Positions 59,840 through 64,000 of a stretch of 64,000 bases of DNA are shown one piece after another (positions within the stretch are counted from its first letter, which is position 1; every line of letters starts with the position of its first letter). The translations under genes and the position numbers were made by a program. Location: NCBI GenBank assembly GCA_008632985.1, contig QPGO01000106.1:124001-188000 (forward strand), in the 5' to 3' direction. This stretch comes from Psammoneis japonica (taxonomy: Eukaryota). The notes under the pieces are model-generated. The model saw only the letters and a program-made list of their open reading frames with translations. It did no database searches and was not told where the DNA came from.

Positions 59840-60900
59840 CTAAGCACTTCTTCTACTAGAAGTAGTAACAAGCTGATAGCCCTGACTGCGAATAATACTT
59901 CTACTCGTCTCGCCTGCAACGGCGCGACGCATCTTCCATGTCAGAAACATCGAAAATGAAATGAATGCTGCCATAATTCCTCCCACAAAGAGATTGTAAG
60001 CCCAGGCGACGGAAGGCGGAATACTGCAGCAGTCTTGCAAATCCTTTTGCCGCTTTTCGATATCGTCCTCGCTTTCGCCGTCAGCAATCCACGTACAGAC
60101 CCAACTTGACTGAATGCTTGCCTCGACTTGTTCCGAAGATGCAAAAGCTACTGGTACTGTAGGCATGTAGATATGCAGCAACAGCAAGGCCGATACCACC
60201 GCCATCAGCATCGTGACGGATCCCCAAAGAAAGTGTCTAGCTCTCTGCAGTTGATAAGGCCTGTAAACTATTATGTTGGGATCTCCGTCGAGTAAAGTGA
60301 CAGTCAAGCAATCTCCAACTTGCACATGCTCTTCCGGAGCAACCACGACTATTCGATCGATTGTGGTATTTGCGGCTCCACCATCATCAGAGTCTCTTCC
60401 CCCGCCCTCTGTTTCTTCGTCGACTATGACTGTTTCCTTTTCCTGAACACATTGAACATTACACACACCACCCTCCTCCTCCTCATGGTCGAACGTATCA
60501 GTCTCGTCTTGTACATCAATATAACAAAAAACACGTTGTTGATAACAGCGAAAAGGTGTTTGTGGCAGCACCGTGATGCGTTTAATGATTGCAGAGCGCT
60601 GCACGTCCTACTGTCCGTTTTATGATTGCGACGCAACAGTTTGGTAGCCGCAACCACAACAATACCATTAGCACACTGCATATTCCCACAGCGCAGTGTA
60701 GGACGAGTCGAAGGATGAGCTCCATACAATAATCAAAAATGAAAAAATACAAGCCCCCCAGCACCGCAAAGAACCACGTAAAGCGACAAATGGGGTTGCA
60801 GGAACACCATTGTGTCCGCCATGACGGTTCAATCATTATGCTTGAATCCTCCTCCTCCGATGGCAACGATGAAATGCTTGCGGAGTCGTTGCTTGCTCTG
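59840..60900 (-). CDS. Hypothetical multi-pass membrane protein, 5' end uncertain
   Basis: 254-aa ORF with two hydrophobic helices; an upstream hydrophobic ORF lies in another frame. Confidence 0.45.
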
Positions 60901-61349
60901 GCAAACCAGTGCTAGCTGAGAAAAGGATGTACCAACAGCAACAAAGAGGATGTATGTGGTACTGGTATCCACATGACAAGAAGCTGTTGGAACTGGAAAT
61001 ATCCAACATCCAGCAAAAGATCCATCTGTCTGAGCGAGAATTCCTGAAATCCTGCACAGAAAAAAATTGAATGTCACGCCATTTTCGTCTGTTTCCAACC
61101 CGTTTCGGGGTCTTCCACCCCCCCCCCCGCCCCTCGCGCGATACCTTTACTGGCACCCGTGTGTTTCTGCCAAAGACTAGAGTGAACATTCCAATTCATA
61201 AAATCATCCTATAATCCATCATATTACTAAGTATGCACTCCAAACCTTGCGCACGAGACATTGAACGGTTTGAAGTGATGCACATTGGTTGAAAACGACG
61301 CAGATTTCGCAGCTCCCTTGGTACCTGAAACCCAGCTCGTACATGCCAA

Positions 61350-62852
61350 TTATTCGTAATATTTAATGTTCTTGTTGAGTGTAAAGAGATTTTTCGGGTC
61401 GTACTTTTTCTTGGCTTTCTCGAGAAAGGCTTTTTGCTCCTTTGTGAAGAAATTGATGCGCCTTCCGTCCGTGTCGCAAAAGTTATGAGGACCGTCCTGG
61501 CCACCAAGCTCCAAAACCTTTGTCTTGAGACGGGTTGCCCAATCTTTGACGCTTTGAATCTGCTCCGGCGTTGCCTCTGGCTCGTATCCAGCCTCAATGA
61601 TAATCCACGCGATAGCCTTGCGGTGTGGGAGCGAGCTCTTGGAGCCATCGTTTCTTTGCATCTCTCCGTTGAGACGTTGGGCGAGAATAGTACCCTTGGT
61701 GTTCTTTCCGGGATAGTCCACACGTGCAAAATGAATCAAGGCGTCACGAAGAGCCTCGTCAAACGAATAGACCATGGCTCCAAGGGCTACAGCATAGCAT
61801 CGCTGTTGAACCGGTTCGAGAATGGGAGCGATTTCTTCAATGTAGTCCTTACGACCCAAAGTGTTTTCCAAACGAAACCAAGCACCCAACTGAGATACCT
61901 TGGCAAGAAACGGAATATCTTGATAGGATTCCGCCGACTTGGCTTGGTCGCCACCAATCACAGTGGCCACAGTAACGAAAACCGGTGCTCCGGCGGGCAA
62001 TGCACAAATGCTGCTGCCCTCATCCGGAATGTCTTCAAGGACTTGGGCATAACTGTCCAACACCATCTTGAGACGAGCCATGGTGGGTGCAAAGTGGACC
62101 ACCGTACCTCCAAAGGTATTGGTGACATCAAAGAGCTTAAAGGTCCACTCGACCACAACTCCAAAGTTGCCACCACCGCCACGAAGAGCGCGCATCAAAT
62201 CCGAGTACTTGTTATCGTCTGTAGCAACGACAATCTCTCCAGAAGGAAGAACTACCTTGGCAGAAAGGACAGTATCACAACTAAAGCCTGCTTGACCGCC
62301 CAGATATCCGGCACCACCGGCAAGGGTCAATCCGGAGACGCCCGTATCTTCGTTGGTGCCCGTCATGAAGGAGTATCCCGTCCCTTTGAGAGCTTCATGG
62401 GCAGCTTTAATTTTGGCACCACCTTCCACCGTCATGGTCTTGGCGTCCTTGTCGACCGAAACTTGGTTGAGCTTTTCCAAGTCCATAACAATCGAATTGT
62501 CCACCATACAGTAATGAGAATGACACCCTCCGGCAATACAAAGAACATACTTGTCGGCATTTAATTTTCCAACCATCTTGATAACTTCCGCTACATCGTT
62601 GACACTCTCCACGACAATAATGGCTCCGGGGTAGTTGGCATCGTTGAAAAAGAAGGTACGTTCACGTTGCATATGGTATGCCTCCTGCTGCTCAGAATCA
62701 TTACCATCTGGCAAGAGCACTTTGCCCTGAATCTTTTTACCCAGAGCCATCAAATCATCATGAATGGGTGCTACGTGTTGGCTTGCAGCCTCAACACGGG
62801 AATCATCGCGGGGCTTGACAGCCGGCGGAGCTTTGGAGAAGATGCTTCCCAT
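61350..62852 (-). CDS. FAD-linked oxidoreductase (BBE/VAO family)
   Basis: AGGCHS, GVSGLTLAGGAG, ALRGGGGNFGVV and KKKYDPKNLF motifs. N-terminal MGSIFS is a possible myristoylation site. Confidence 0.92.
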   Translation of the reverse strand: MGSIFSKAPPAVKPRDDSRVEAASQHVAPIHDDLMALGKKIQGKVLLPDGNDSEQQEAYHMQRERTFFFNDANYPGAIIVVESVNDVAEVIKMVGKLNADKYVLCIAGGCHSHYCMVDNSIVMDLEKLNQVSVDKDAKTMTVEGGAKIKAAHEALKGTGYSFMTGTNEDTGVSGLTLAGGAGYLGGQAGFSCDTVLSAKVVLPSGEIVVATDDNKYSDLMRALRGGGGNFGVVVEWTFKLFDVTNTFGGTVVHFAPTMARLKMVLDSYAQVLEDIPDEGSSICALPAGAPVFVTVATVIGGDQAKSAESYQDIPFLAKVSQLGAWFRLENTLGRKDYIEEIAPILEPVQQRCYAVALGAMVYSFDEALRDALIHFARVDYPGKNTKGTILAQRLNGEMQRNDGSKSSLPHRKAIAWIIIEAGYEPEATPEQIQSVKDWATRLKTKVLELGGQDGPHNFCDTDGRRINFFTKEQKAFLEKAKKKYDPKNLFTLNKNIKYYE

Positions 62853-63299
62853 GGCGGTGTATTATCTCTGCGAAAATACTTCACAGCAAAAAATGAGCTT
62901 CACGTTTCGTCGTCCGTGACGCTTTTTGGCATTTTCTGATTTTTTCGATTTTTCTCTTTTTTTCGAAGCAATCAGCGCGGCGACCTCGTGGTAGTCCCAT
63001 CTAGAGTAACTTAGCCACTTATGATTTCGTAAGGGCTACTTTTAGCCCGTTGGGGTGCTTGTGGCTACTCTCTAGCTATGCTATTCTTTGTAACCTTCAA
63101 TCACTCAGCTCATCTATCAGGCTCTCTCCCCATCATAGTGAGAAGAATTTTGTACAGCAAGCTGTGTGGTGTCTTTGTAAATGTCCGAGGTTAACCTTTG
63201 CAACCTCAAAGATTCTCGTCGAATGCATCTGACATCTATGTTTATGCGAATAGTTCTAGACAATTGACTTGGTCCCTCGCACACTCAATACATATTATC

Positions 63300-63984
63300 T
63301 CAACGTACTTTCTCCAGGGAGAACTCTAGTGTCCAGGCTTCCAACGTTTGTATTTCAAATTTCAATGGCAAGCATGCGTTATCAAATGTTGTGGACGGAT
63401 TCGATGAGCCGTGTGATAGACAATTCGATATCACCAAGCCCCGATTCAATCCCAAAATCAGGTCGCTATCGTTGTCTTGTAAATATTGCACGCAGTGATT
63501 CTGTCCCGTCCAGTGAAAGACTTGAACTCCATTGTATCGTTGACTCGCCACAGCAGTGCTTCTCCACTTCCAAAATACGACTTTCCATTGGGACGCCATG
63601 GTGAGCTAGTAAAGGAGCCGAATATTTCGCCCGAGGTTGTTTCAATCACAAGGAGCGTTTTGGGAGACGATTGGATGTTTGATACGAGTGACCCGAGTAG
63701 ACGAGCCCTGCGACAATAACATGAAAAAAGAGCATTAGCAAAAGACAGAATTACAACATGTAAAGATGCACAGCTCGCATCATTGTACTCACATCCCGTG
63801 CCGTTGTGTGTTTGAGAAAAAAATTGTCGGCTTGCACCGAAAAGGGAAGGTGCGGACGTATTGATTCCATGAGCTGTGGTGTCAAGACATCGTGATGTTG
63901 TTCAGTAGTGCTCAGCACCGCCAAGTCATTTTCAGCAGAATAAACATCTGGAGATAGAATGCTTTCGGACGCAATCATCGTCAT
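63300..63984 (-). CDS. TLDc-domain (OXR1-like) protein, spliced and frameshifted
   Basis: IRPHLPFSVQ, IETTSGEIFGSFTSSPW, YFGSGEALLW, PSTTFDN and FEIQTLEAW. Confidence 0.8.
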
Positions 63985-64000
63985 GGCAAGAGTCTTTTTC

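Overview
Eukaryotic nuclear DNA, very likely from a pennate diatom (signal peptide + 'AFAP/AFVP' plastid-targeting motifs, VDE and ZEP genes, short GT-AG introns). Gene islands encode MoaA/CNX2, a sulfotransferase-like protein, a CSC1/OSCA channel, two inverted nitrate reductase paralogs, an M11-peptidase/vWA protein, ZEP, a probable diflavin reductase-radical SAM fusion, a DUF285/BspA-like protein, a rhodanese, VDE, an FAD oxidase and a TLDc protein. Several conserved genes carry single-base indels, probably consensus errors. Three sharply bounded blocks (~1.5-5.9 kb, ~9.1-19.3 kb, ~44.2-51.7 kb) hold transposon and gene relics that have lost nearly all TpA, and to a lesser extent CpG, in favour of TpG/CpA. 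Repeat copies inside the window give the direction (TA->CA or TA->TG; Tyr->His/Cys in conserved motifs). This points to a domain-restricted hypermutation process running opposite to fungal RIP, and it is the main candidate for an undescribed system. All calls come from reading the sequence by eye; no searches were run.
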